Notes: generated from the letters alone by a model not told the origin. Positions 13,132 to 25,690 are shown, numbered from the whole stretch's first letter. The stretch is DNA of 63,912 bases, filler included, from Octopus bimaculoides (GCF_001194135.2; 4 parts of 4 records of this genome joined end to end with filler, not necessarily neighbours in it), one strand, 5' to 3'. A program made the numbers and translations.

Positions 13132-13173
<42 letters not shown>

Positions 13174-13288
13174 TTACTATTATTTTTATTATTATTGTTG
13201 TTGTTGTTATTATTATTATCATTATTATTATCATTATTATTATTATTATTATTATTAGTAGTAGTAGTAGTAGTAGTAGTAGTATTGA

Positions 13289-13500
13289 GGCGGCGAGCTG
13301 GCAGAATCGTTAGCGCGCCGAGCGAAATGCTTAGCGGTATTTCGTCTGCTGCTACGTTCTGAGTTCAAATTCTGCCGGGGCGACTTTGTCTTTCGTACGT
13401 TCAGGGTCGATGAATTATGTACCAGGGAAACACTGGGGTCAATGTAATCGATTTATCCCCTTCCCACAAAATGACTGCTCTTGTGGCAAAATTTGAAGCC
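13289..13500 (+). mobile_element. SINE family A, full length
   Basis: tRNA-like head with B-box GAGTTCAAATTC, then a GGGTCGAT...CTGGGGTC module; many copies in the window. Confidence 0.85.
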
Positions 13501-13513
13501 ATTATTATTATTA

Positions 13514-13957
13514 TTGAGTGTGAGAGCAGCGCATATCATAAAAGTGACAAGATGATCGGCACATGACATTGCAGGTGGGACCCAGTTAGCATTTTCTTCA
13601 GGTCGAGTAGCCCATCCTACTCAAACAGTCCTTGTATAAGGGTTGTTTAAGGATATTGAACGAAACACCCATGTTTCCAGAGGTGAATTATTTAAACCCC
13701 AAAGAATTCCTCTCAACACATTGCTATGATGCTCCCCCATTACTCCTGTTCATGATCAGAGATGCACATATCGTCAGCCACCAAGGGACATGCTCAACTA
13801 GTTAAGGTCAAGCAACTGACAAGCAAATCTGTGGCATTGAGCTGAATATTTGCTGTAACCCATCTTTTATACTAAGACAAAACAATATACATGATAACAC
13901 TTCCAATCAGTTAAGACGAGAAGCCATGAGAGCCCGTGACTGGTACTGCATCAAGGC
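13514..13957 (-). mobile_element. Dispersed repeat family E (no tRNA head, ends in (AAT)n)
   Basis: Homologous to 17397-17647, 51940-52192 and 57795-57861; flanked by ATT repeats. Confidence 0.8.
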
Positions 13958-13984
13958 TGTTTTTATTATTATTAATAATAAGAG

Positions 13985-14818
13985 ACGCTAGGCGTTGACA
14001 AAGCCGAAGTGACCAGTCTGTTCAGGAGGACTTTCGAGCTGGGGACAATGGATAACTTCCAGAAGTCCCTAGCTTTGCAGTGCTACCGGGGGGCACTTCC
14101 GGTTCGAGATAAACTAAACAGGCACGAAAGTGCTGTCAGACGGATCTGCCCGAGATGCACGCAGTACGACGAAACCGCTCTGCACGTACACGTCCAGTGT
14201 CCTTCCACTACTACTTATGTTGAATAGTTGTTATCACGTGTAGGACGGATCCTGCTATCGGCCGAGTCCATAATGAAGATCGATCTGCCGCCTTCTATTG
14301 GTCCAGGAGGGCAGGCAATTTCCCTCTGTCTGATAGCAATAGCGAAAGCCGTTGTATGGTGGACGAGGTTGAAAGGACTGAAGACAGACACTTTTTTCTT
14401 CGGCCAATCCCTCATCAACTTTTTCAAATTTCACTTGGAATGGAAGATGACGGTGGAGAGAGAAGTGCTGCCTCCCAGTATATCTACTAAAAGGTGGGCG
14501 AATGTAGCGAAAATGGCCCGTGGGAGTGGATCTACTTTAATAATGCGCCCGTAGGTTAGTGAATTTGAGAGGCAGACAGACGGGTTGCTCTTCCCGGATG
14601 CCCTCGAAGCCTCAAGTGGTTCAGGATTGGTGGGGTACCTGAGCCAACTCCAGGTGGTTACCCTCCCCCCACCCGTTGGAGAAACTTTCATTGTTATATT
14701 ATTTGTTGAATATCATTGTTATTCTTTTGTGTTCTCGTTGTTTCTGTGTAAAATCACCATTGTCCATGTCGACTGTATTGTTCCCTATATGTCGGCCCTA
14801 GCGGCCAATAAATGAAAC

Positions 14819-14820
<2 letters not shown>
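13985..14820 (+). mobile_element. Tx1/L1-like LINE 3' end (zinc-knuckle region plus 3' UTR), degenerate
   Basis: LPVRDKL...ICPRC...ETALHVHVQC zf-RVT-type motif, internal stop, terminal AATAAA and (ATT)n tail. Confidence 0.75.
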
Positions 14821-14857
<37 letters not shown>

Positions 14858-14858
14858 C

Positions 14859-15060
14859 AAGGAGGTGAGCTGGTAGAATAGTTAATGAGTCAGGAAAAAT
14901 GCTTAGCAGCACTTCTGGATCCTTACGTTATGAGTTCGAATCCCACTGAGGTCGACTTTGCCTTTCACCCTTTCAAGGTCGATAAAATAAAATATCAGTA
15001 GAACACTGGGTCGGAGTAATAGACTTCTCCCCCACCTGACCTCTTGCCAAAATTTGAAAT
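14859..15060 (+). mobile_element. SINE family A
   Basis: Colinear with 13289-13500. Confidence 0.8.
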
Positions 15061-15099
15061 GATTATCATTATCATCATCGTCGTCGTCGTCGTCGTCGT

Positions 15100-17283
15100 C
15101 ACGAAAAATCTCAGCTTTATTTTGCTGGGCATGTCAGTTGTCCTTAGCCAGCAGACTAAGATGATATTTTTTTTACGGACCATGCTTCAAGAACCCTGCG
15201 AAGGACTCTTGCAGTTCCAAGCAATGCTGATTGTTTGTAGGTGTTCTAACTTTACATCCGTTCCAATCTTTTTGAGCCGTGTTGGTAGCCGGGTGCTGAT
15301 ACTTCCAAGCGAACCAATCACTATTGGTACCACGTCTATTTTATTGCTCACAACCACTGTATTTCCCACTTAAATTCATCATAGTTGTTCACTTTTCTTC
15401 TTTCTCATCAATCCAGTTATCACTGGGACATGCTATGTCAAATATTTTTTTCAATGTCAGGTTTTCGATATTTAATCCCACAGAATCCGCACTGAATCCC
15501 ACAGATTTTGCAGTCTTCATTTTCTGTAACACCTTCTGGGATTTGGTCTTAGAACGTCTTTGATCTTTCTATGCCGTAATTTCCACAAAGCTTCCAATGG
15601 ATCATTTTTGTCACATTATCATGTCGACTTTTGTATTCACGCTGTACCAATTTCAGGCATTCACTAACAATGGTGTCACACTGCTTCACCCTTCTCACCA
15701 CACATTATGCATTTGTCGCTCTCAGTTCTTTTATCAATCCTGCACATCACATAATGTGCACCAATGCTTGTTCTTGGGCCGCGAATACAAGTGTTTCTGT
15801 TTCTATCTTCAAGTCACTCCTCCACATCCATAAACACTGGCCTTCCGTATTTGTCTTTGCGCTTGTATCTCTTACAAACTAACCGTACTTTTTTTTTTTT
15901 ACCTTTCCATGCTATTTCTTTATTCGTGCTTCCCCACCCCCCACCCCCAATTCTTTAAATTTCTCTTTCTCAACAAAAATATCAGTTTTGATGGTGCCGG
16001 ACTTCTTCGCATGCATTAACAAAGGTTCCATGGAATTTTTTATATACCAACCTAAAACTATTTTTCCTCTGATTCAACACAATCCTAACAATTGATCAAA
16101 CCTCTCCAGCCCTCTCTTCTCGACAAGTACAACCGATCAGTGTTACCTTTGGATGGAATGCTCCGTGTAATGTCAAAAGTTCTAGTGTCTTCCTATTGAT
16201 ACTCATCAGGTCATTCTTTTTGCCAGTTTCTGATTCCAGCTTCATCCCTAAGTGATACTATCGCTTTTGTATTTACTGCTAGAAATTCATTCCATCCAGC
16301 CAATTTTGAGTGCAACACAAATCTTTAGGAACACTCTTTCTTTGGCAGTTGGTTCATTTCCTTCCTAGTATGCCAAGGTACTTATAGCCTTCCTTTTCAA
16401 TTTGTTTCATTACTCTCCTATTTAGTAATTCTATCCCTGCCAGGGACTCTAACTCGCCCCTTTTCAGACACAATATTGCACGATTCTTTGAATCTGAATT
16501 TCATCTTAACATCCGTGTTCACCAAGGAACTCACTTGTACCTCATCCTTGCCATACAGCTTCAAATCATCCATGAAGAGAAGATGATTGATTTTTTTTTG
16601 TTTTTCCCTCTTCAGTTTCATTTTCCTCAGCCCCAAAGTCAGAGTGGTCATGCAAAATACAAAAAGCAACAGAGATAAGCTATATCCTTGAAAAAATCCC
16701 TTTCTCGATTCCCAGAGTACCCAAGCTTTTTCCGTACGATGTCAACTCACTTTTCCAACCAACTAAACTTCTTTTCTCAGAACATGTTACATTCCTTGCA
16801 ATTCCAAACATATCCAAGCATTTAATCATCCACAAATGTGGAATCATATCGTAAGATTTGCGGTACTCAATCAAAGCCTTCCCAAAATTGCCCTCGTCCG
16901 CTTACGACCTTGCATTATCATTTTGTCTATCAATAATTGGTCCTTAGTAACTCTGCATTTCCTCCAACAACTTTTTTTGTCCCATTGGTAAAATGTCATT
17001 ATCATCAAGAAATGTGGATGTTTTTTTCTACAATCCTTTCTTCCACTTTAACAGAAGGCAAAACATTCGCCTGTACTCTCGGCAGCATTTCCTTTTGATA
17101 TATCCTTTGGGCACAACACCGTTCGTCTTTTGGTCAACCACCCCGGAATTTCTTCTACTCCATCAATCAATGCCTTAAATTGCTCTGCAATCAATTTATG
17201 GCACCTACTGAAATTTTGTATCCAAAACCCTTGTGTAACCTCAGGTCCTGTTGCTTTCCAGTAGCTCATCGTTTTGCTCACAT
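15100..17283 (-). mobile_element. R4/Dong-clade non-LTR retrotransposon, 5'-truncated and frameshifted
   Basis: RT motifs NHLLFMDDLKLYGK, EYRKSYDMIPH and GPEVTQGFW; C-terminal VVPIVIGSLG typical of the restriction-like endonuclease domain. Confidence 0.9.
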
Positions 17284-17325
17284 CTCTGTATTATTAATTT
17301 TATTATTATTATTATTGTTATTATT

Positions 17326-17388
<63 letters not shown>

Positions 17389-17396
17389 ATCATTAT

Positions 17397-17647
17397 TAAG
17401 TGAGAGAGCAGCGCATGCCATCAAAATAACACTATGATACCAATATTCAAAGCCTAATATACTCATCATGACTACCTGTCTGATAAGGGTACACCAGACA
17501 CATCCATCACAACAATATGTGAGCGACATGGTGATTTCATATCAAGATAAACAGCGCATGACCTTGCAGGCGGAGCCCAGTTAGCATTTTCTTCAGATCG
17601 AGTAGCCCATCCCACTCAAACGGTCCCTGAATAAGGTTTGTTTAAGG
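17397..17647 (-). mobile_element. Family E 3' portion
   Basis: Homologous to 13514-13650; ends in the (AAT)/(AAC)n tract that abuts the Dong fragment. Confidence 0.8.
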
Positions 17648-18398
17648 GTAATATATGAAAAATGATAATGAAGAAGATATTTCGAATGCCATGCACCTTA
17701 TCTCCACTGCCATTGTACACCAAGAAAGTGAGCCTCTACGTGGTAATACATTCAACAAGTAATAGCAGTTAATGTCTCTCGAATTACACACCACCATTAT
17801 TTTTGAGAACACATTTTGTAGTGTAGTCAAAGGTATGAATGACTGAAACACTTCGAGTCAGTCATTGAACTGAGGTTTGATCAAACAGAACTGATCTGAG
17901 GCCCCAAAACAGCAGCAACAAGTAAAACAGTCACAACAATTTGAAGAACACGACAGTCAGCCATGTCAATGCACTTCAGCGAAAGTTCGATAACTTTGTT
18001 GTTTTAGTGAATTATGTACATTAAATATTTGATTAAATCATTGTTTGATAAACATTCTATGAACAAAGTCCACCACATTACGCACACTCACGCACAGCGC
18101 GTGTGTAAAATCTACACAATCAAAAGAAAAACAAACAAGAAAACACTGTAAGGGCGTAAACACACATAAAACCATTTGAAAATTTGCCAGGCAACAGAAA
18201 TGTTCTGCGTCTTTTTATTGGTCAAAGCCATAATCTTTGGATTATTATTATTTTTTGTTATTATTTTATCATTCAGTTGTAATTGATTCTTTTTAAAATG
18301 TTAAAATACCCGTCTAACGCTAGGCAGAAAATATGATCATTAAAATTACATTGCTTTTGTTGTTGTTGTTGTTGTTGTTGTTGTTGCTGTTGTTTTAG

Positions 18399-18483
18399 AA
18401 GTTAAACCAGAAAAAGAGGAAGAGAGTTAAGAGGAGCCGTGTTCTGAACTTTTGCAAACCTCCTCAAACTCGTGCCACAACTG
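18399..18483 (+). CDS. Candidate 85-bp exon (only open frame KLNQKKRKRVKRSRVLNFCKPPQTRATT)
   Basis: TTTTAG acceptor after (GTT)n and CTG|GTGAGA donor; no recognised family. Confidence 0.3.
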
Positions 18484-19124
18484 GTGAGATTGATTCATCT
18501 AAAGTTCGATATTCACAGAAAATAGAATATATATATAACGTTTTTTGTGATGTCCTGTACCTATATATGCATGTATATATACATTTAGATGTAGGTATGT
18601 ACATATATGTATGGATATATGCATATATTTATATATTATTTATGTTATTATATGATCGAGCGCCACACACTGTCTCCAAGTAAGTTTTATCTTAATAATT
18701 TCTACTGCGCACTCTACTACTATTACTATCACTTCCCTGTCTATCTCTCTCCGTCTCTTATTCGTCATCCTTTCTGTTTTTCTCTCCCAACCCTCCCCTA
18801 TTCTTCTCTTCCTTTCACCGTTCCCTCTCTCTCACTCCTCCTCCTTGACCCTCTCGTCACTGACACGTGACGAAAGGGATTCTTTCTTTCTACTTCCTGC
18901 TTTCCTATAGAGAAGACGTGAATTTTTTTGTCTCTCATTCACATCTAACTTCACGTTCAAAATAATAATTTTTCTATCGTCTTCGCCTAACAGCTGTTAC
19001 TGTTTGTTTTCACTGTTCTGTCTTGTTTTAACTGTCTTTCACTGTCTTGTTCTCACTATCCTGTTCTTGTTTACACTTTCACCCTCCGCAAAAAATTCCA
19101 AATTTTACTTAATTTGCTTTGCAG

Positions 19125-19204
19125 GAAGGACTGTTCCAACGAAGTCACGTATTGTCCTTGCCTTCAAAACGCGGAGTAGATGGAGCAGGGACAACTGAAG
19201 AAGG
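19125..19204 (+). CDS. Candidate 80-bp exon, frame uncertain
   Basis: TTTGCAG acceptor and G|GTAATA donor; the fully open frame reads EGLFQRSHVLSLPSKRGVDGAGTTEE. Confidence 0.3.
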
Positions 19205-20124
19205 GTAATATTCTTTATGTTGCATATCTCGTTTCTCTGTTTGTTTGTTTTTTCGTTGTTCGAAAAATAGTTCGTTTTCTGTCTTTGTCTTTATGTTTTC
19301 GTTTCTCATTGTGTTTAACGTATTTTGTGATGTCCTGTCCTGTACCCATATATGCATGTATGTATACATATAGATGTAGGTATGTACATATATGTATGGA
19401 TATATGCATATATTTATATATTATNNNNNNNNNNNNNNNNNNNNNNNNNNNNNNNNNNNNNNNNNNNNNNNNNNNNNNNNNNNNNNNNNNNNNNNNNNNN
19501 NNNNNNNNNNNNNNNNNNNNNNNNNNNNNNNNNNNNNNNNNNNNNNNNNNNNNNNNNNNNNNNNNNNNNNNNNNNNNNNNNNNNNNNNNNNNNNNNNNNN
19601 NNNNNNNNNNNNNNNNNNNNNNNNNNNNNNNNNNNNNNNNNNNNNNNNNNNNNNNNNNNNNNNNNNNNNNNNNNNNNNNNNNNNNNNNNNNNNNNNNNNN
19701 NNNNNNNNNNNNNNNNNNNNNNNNNNNNNNNNNNNNNNNNNNNNNNNNNNNNNNNNNNNNNNNNNNNNNNNNNNNNNNNNNNNNNNNNNNNNNNNNNNNN
19801 NNNNNNNNNNNNNNNNNNNNNNNNNNNNNNNNNNNNNNNNNNNNNNNNNNNNNNNNNNNNNNNNNNNNNNNNNNNNNNNNNNNNNNNNNNNNNNNNNNNN
19901 NNNNNNNNNNNNNNNNNNNNNNNNNNNNNNNNNNNNNNNNNNNNNNNNNNNNNNNNNNNNNNNNNNNNNNNNNNNNNNNNNNNNNNNNNNNNNNNNNNTA
20001 ATACTTCATTTAGAGAATTAACATTGCTTGTTTACACCTTTTCGATATCAGTGAAGAATTTCACTGGAAAAGTAGATATAAGATTTCCAGGATTTTATCT
20101 CTCTCATCAAAGATCAGTGGCTAT

Positions 20125-20169
20125 CGAACGTCGACGAAGGGAAATAACCCTGAAACCCGGGTCCGTTCG
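20125..20169 (+). ncRNA. Minimal type I hammerhead ribozyme motif with variant core
   Basis: Stem I CGAACG/CGUUCG, core UCGACGA, stem II AGGG/CCCU, GAAA, palindromic stem III ACCCGGGU, GUC cleavage triplet. Confidence 0.7.
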
Positions 20170-20799
20170 TGCTACAGATCATGATGGGAGGGGTAACTTC
20201 CCTTGGCAAACAGGACACAGTAGTGTGTCGATAAGCCAGCTGGAGGAGATGTCCTCCTGGGGCTAAAAGCAACAGTAACATCCACCCCTAGGGGTCAGCC
20301 ACACTTAAGTGGCAATATACTACACTATATATATATATCCTTTTACTCTTTTATTTGTTTCAGTTATTTGACTGAGGCTAACGTCTGGTTCGAATACTTG
20401 CAACAAAATTGATCACACTAAAGGTGCGCAAAAAGCATGTAGAAGTATTAAACCAGACTGCAGTACAACCGAAGTGTTAAGTCCACCAAAGTACGCTCAG
20501 TCGGTTACATTGAAGCATGTACAAAATGGAGTTTCAAATGCACAAACATACTTTCATTTCAAATCTCACATCATATGCAGATATTTATGGTAAACGTGAT
20601 GAAAGTCATCGCATATCCGACTATAAATAATTCTTAAAGACGGCACTTCTTAAAGAGCAATAGCAACGGAGGATGCAGTTGCAGGAGCGAGTAGGAAATC
20701 GAAACACCCACCGATTGGTCCCAGGCGCGAGAAAACTATGGAAGGGATTGTGTTTTCGTAGCAGACACGTAAAGTATACCAACCGTTGTAACAACATTT

Positions 20800-21185
20800 T
20801 TTTTTGTTGGCACTCCGTCGCTTACGACATCGAGGGTTCAAGTTGATCCGATCAATGGAACAGCCTGCTCGTGAAATTAACGTGCACGTGGCTGAGCACT
20901 CCACAGACACGTGTACCCTTAACGTAGTTCTCAGGGATATTCAGCGTGACACAGTGTGACAAGACTGACCTTTTGAATTACAGGCACAACAGAAACAGGA
21001 AGTAAGAATGAGAGAAAGTTTTGGTGAAAGAATACAGCAGGGTTCGCCACCATCCCCTGATGGAGCCTCGTGGAGGTTTAGGTGTTTTCGCTCAATAAAC
21101 ACTCACAACACCCGGTCTGAGAATCGAAACCGCAATCCTATGACCGTGAGTCCGCTGCCCTAACCACTGGGCCATTGCGTCTCCA
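20800..21185 (-). mobile_element. SINE family D, full length
   Basis: A-box TGGCCCAGTGG, B-box GGTTTCGATTC, 3' hairpins and CAAC/A-rich tail. Confidence 0.88.
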
Positions 21186-21863
21186 CTGTAACAACAACAA
21201 CCACTTTTAAAAGTCAGGTGTTTGTGATCCTGAAATATTCCTCTGTCTGAAACTGATTATAGAAAATGAAGTATGCGTAGAATTTTATGCGAATAAAAGT
21301 CCTTCCTTTTATTCGTTTTTACTTATTTTCTTTATCATAAGACTGCAGCCATACTGGAGCATATGAGCGTTCTCATTTCACGTACCAAGTCAATAATTCG
21401 CTTCAGCTAAGTTCCTTTCCAAGTCCGCCTCCCTGTGTCCCAACAAATATTATTTTTTTCAGAAACCTACATTATACTCGTTATAAAGTCCTGTATAACA
21501 GCTTTTACAATCATTTGTTCTCTAAGTGCTCCAGCATGGACTTCTCATTATGTCTAAAACAAAATAAAAATCTAAACGATCATACTGATTCAATGCAGAT
21601 ATTAGAAGTGACATTTATTATAATCTGTACTCGACCAGTTATGTCTATCCGAACAGTAATAGATGTCAGATCACTTCCAGCTCTTCTGAAACTGTCAATT
21701 ACTCTACAACACCTTTTTTTGCCTTCTCACAGTTATAACAATACTTAGGACAATGCTTTTCTATGATATAACCTGTCTTTGCATTTATAATCTAGTTACA
21801 TTCTTTGTGGTTATATGTGAATGTAGTTCTCTAGATAACTTTCTAAGTTTTGGAGATAAGCCA

Positions 21864-22250
21864 GTCGTGACTGTGTGGCTAAAAAAAACTCGCTTTGCAA
21901 CCATGTGATATCGAGTTCAGTTCCATTGCGCGACACCTTGGCCAAGTGCTTTCTTCTTTAACCCCGGGCAGACCATTGCCTTTTCAGTGAATATGGTAGT
22001 CAGAAACTGTGTGAGTTCGCCGTACGTGTGCGTGTTTGTGTTTGTCACTCGTACATCCCATACAGTCGGTGTTGGTTTGTTTATGCCCCCGTAACCATAG
22101 CGCTTAGGGTGAAGAGGCCGATAGAATAAGTATAAGTACCGGACTTCAAAAGTAACTCTTGCGACCGATTTGTTCGACTAAGCCCTTCAAAGTGATGCCT
22201 CAGCATGGCCGTAGTCCAATGACTGAAATAAGTCTGAGATAAAAGATAAA
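21864..22250 (+). mobile_element. SINE family B, near full length
   Basis: tRNA-like head, CCTTGGCCAAGTG CORE-like segment, internal GT-rich spacer, CCAATGACTGAAA tail; many copies in the window. Confidence 0.8.
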
Positions 22251-22413
22251 GGTAACTCCAAAATTCTTTGTTCATTTAAACTTAGAATTTTTTCCACATC
22301 AAAATATTTTTTCACAACCCTTTCCATAAAGGGCAGTCAACAGACAATATATTGAGCACTCAACGCTGAGTAATTTTCTTTCGAAATTGGTCCCTATAAA
22401 CATATACACTTAC

Positions 22414-22447
22414 CTGTACATCAGTTTCCAAAAGACGTCTAAGTGCA
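22414..22447 (-). CDS. Candidate 34-bp minus-strand exon (ALRRLLETDVQ)
   Basis: Acceptor GTTTATATTGTAG, perfect donor CAG|GTAAGT, open frame; isolated. Confidence 0.25.
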
Positions 22448-22529
22448 CTACAATATAAACATCGTGTGTGTGTGTGTGTGTGTATGCGCACAACCCTATG
22501 AGGTATTCTTTAGTTGGTCCCTTGCAGAG

Positions 22530-22933
22530 AACTGGCTAATTCGGCAACTCGCCGGGTAAAGTGCTTCACGACATTCGGTCCGTCTGTACGTTCTGAGTTA
22601 AAATTCCGACGAAGTCGACATTACTTTTCATCATTTTGAGATCGATAAAATAATTACAAGTTGAGCATTGGAGTCGATGTAATCGACTCAGCCCCTCCAC
22701 CGAAATTGTTGACTTGTACCAAAATTTGAAACCATATTGTAACAGCTATAAGACAAGTTGGCAGAAACGTTAGCACGTCCTTACGTTCTGAGTTCAAATT
22801 CTGCCTAAGCCGACTTTGCCAGTTATCTTTTTGGGGTTGATAAAACAAATACCTTCTGAGAACTGAGGTCGATAGAGTCGACTAGTCCCCCGCTCCTCCG
22901 AAATTCCTAACCTTGTGCCAAAATTTGAAACCA
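22530..22933 (+). mobile_element. Two head-to-tail SINE family A copies
   Basis: TACGTTCTGAGTT...AAAATTTGAAACCA occurs twice (about 22530-22735 and 22751-22933). Confidence 0.75.
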
Positions 22934-24071
22934 GTGTTGCTAACAGCTGTTGTAACTTACGTAACGCAGCAATGCAGCATAGCTGGCTTATTTGGGTGGA
23001 CTTTGGCAGCAATGAAAGCAAGCAATTCTATCAAATACATCTGATCAGCTTTTGAAGCCCTATATTTTCTCTTTTTTTTTCCTGTTGTTTTCTTCTTCGT
23101 GTTTTTGTTTAATCCGCGGTTGGCTCTTATTGAACACACGCATGATCAAAGCCATTCGATCACAAATACATGATCAAAGAAACCGTATCTTTTATGTTCT
23201 ATACACAATGCGTGGAAAAATTGCATTACCTAAAGTCATATTTTCTTCTCGACAGTAACATGTGAACTGAGAAAACTTTGACTGTTATCTCTAGCAAATC
23301 GAATTACCGATCCCTCGGTTAGATCCTTTTCGTTTATTCAATCTTGTGCAGTCCATCTCACGTGAAGCTGAAGTGCTGTAAGGGTTTGCAAGATACTGAA
23401 GAACCTCCATTTCGTAGCAAGAAGATTATAGTTAAGGTCCATTTAAAAGTATTAGTTCAGACATGAATCAACCTTCTTTTTGTTTTTTGTTGTTTTTTTT
23501 TTTTGAAAAGTGGGTCGCATGAGACCTAGCTCATCATCAAACGGGTTGCACTACTAAAATATCCAAGTTAAATTTTCGTTAGACGTACCATTCGGAAAGT
23601 CCCGCGGACTGCAGTTTCTCTATGACTGGTCTAGTCCATAGATTCTTTTAGATACACTCACCACATTACTGTAGCTGTGCAATAGGTTTTAGACAAGTAG
23701 TTTCATACTTTCTACGAAGCTTTCTTTTACGGAGATTCGCTGAAATAGAAACAAGGCAACGATTTAAACTGTAAGCCATTATTTATCAGTCAATTAAACA
23801 ACCGGAAAGACGAAATAAAATTTTCTTGACGGGGTTATCCTAAAAGGAATATGTTTATGTTTGTAATGAAGAGTTTAACATAAGTACCCTTTAAGGTGAA
23901 CTCCGTTTTAAGGTTAAATAATATTTTTCTTTATTTTTGTTTTATAATTCTCCGTTAAATTTTCCATTAGCTTGGTTTATGATTTTTGCAATTGCCATTT
24001 GAATTTCTTTCGTGTTATTTAGTGTATTTTGCTAATTATTGACTTGTTGCTTTTTGTTTCTTTTTCGTTAG

Positions 24072-24135
<64 letters not shown>

Positions 24136-25659
24136 TCTCTCTGCGTGTGCGTGTGTGTGTGTGCCTTGCTGAAATATAAATAAACAGCATTTTAATGATT
24201 CACATCACGTACAGCTTGCGGCATATTCAAAACACATCCCGTGCTGGATTTTAATGTCCTGTGCAGCAATATTTAACAGTTATTTTATACATTTCAAGTA
24301 ATCGGTTATTTATTGACACGTTTCATTTAAAATAATAAATAACAAGAAGCGCAGAAAATATTATAGCCGCTCAGTGTAATAAGGAATTAAATTAGAAAAT
24401 GTAATGAAGATATGGTGCGTATATTGTAGCTCCACTTTGCTACTAGAGACTCCGACTAACAACCGTAGATTTTTATAGAACTTCAGCTGTCGAATTGATT
24501 AAAAACAACTGTAGGCTGTTCATTGTAAGACGATTCTAAGATTTCCCATTAGGAAAAGGGGAAAGTTTCAGCAATTGATTTAATAAAATTTAAATAAATT
24601 TTAATGAAGTGTCATCGAATTATGAGAGTTACTCAAAAATTATTTTATTTTTATAGTTTAAATGTTTTTCGTTCTGCTTTTTAATTTTTATTTTCGATAT
24701 TTATAATCGTTTGGAGACTAAACTTAATGTGATATCGTATCATTTAAACATTGAACTATTTCGAGAAGACTGAAACTTCCTAAGCTGTAAAACAGTCGAG
24801 AACCCGCAAGGTGAATAACAAAATATTGTTCCGTAACCTGAAGCATTCATTGGCTTCAGCTACTGAAAGCTCTTGTCTTGTGATTCATTAAACGACCATG
24901 AGGAACAGAAAGAATGAAACGATGATTTTCATGTTCGTTTTTAATACTTTCTGATAGATTCGAACTTGAATAAGCTAATCATTGTCGTCTTTCGTCACAC
25001 GAGAACAACTTCTTCTTTAAGACGAATGTCTTCATAACACACTCGATTTATTAACACAAGGGTTTTCCATTTTCCTTTTCCAAGTGCACTGATCAATTTG
25101 AACCAAGCTCTACAGTCGAACTAAATAACTTCCATCACACTGCTTCCCATGTTTCCTATTTACAGCTGTGTGAATTAGACTTGTATATTATTAATTGTAT
25201 TCACTATGGAAATATGCCTGCATCAGTGAAGACAGGTGAAGGCATACAATTTTGACAAATATTTCACGATGATGCAACAAATGTCAGTATATATCTGTTT
25301 GAGGATTAGCTTGTAATTTTTATGGCTTACATTCTTGGTGTCTAAGCTGCATAATTAGAGAATATGCATATACGCTCATACAAGATTTCGGCTGAGGGGA
25401 AATCCGAGTGACTAGCGTACCATACAATCTCAGTGTTGTGTTAATTACCAACTTAATTATTTCCCAACATCGATGTCTTTTGTTTGAAGTACATTTCATA
25501 GAAGTACAGACAGCAACACTAGCAGCAACACTATGGAACAAATAAATATTTTGAAGACTTGTATATTTTAATATAATTCCTGCCACGTTAGACCAGCTTT
25601 TATTTAAGCCGATCACAATTCAGACTAGCCTCATCTTTCATCGGTTCAGAAAAACACAA

Positions 25660-25690
25660 ACCGGAACTGAGCATGCGCATTATGGCATCT
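25660..25690. promoter_or_regulatory. ETS-like ACCGGAAC plus NRF1-like GCATGCGCA motif cluster
   Basis: Adjacent motifs in a long non-repetitive block; motif match only. Confidence 0.25.

Noticed and set aside
18853-18885. GTGACGAAAGGG after a GTCAC/GTGAC hairpin
   Set aside because: It may be a pLTR relic but lacks C3, stem II closure and a downstream GAAA; not callable.
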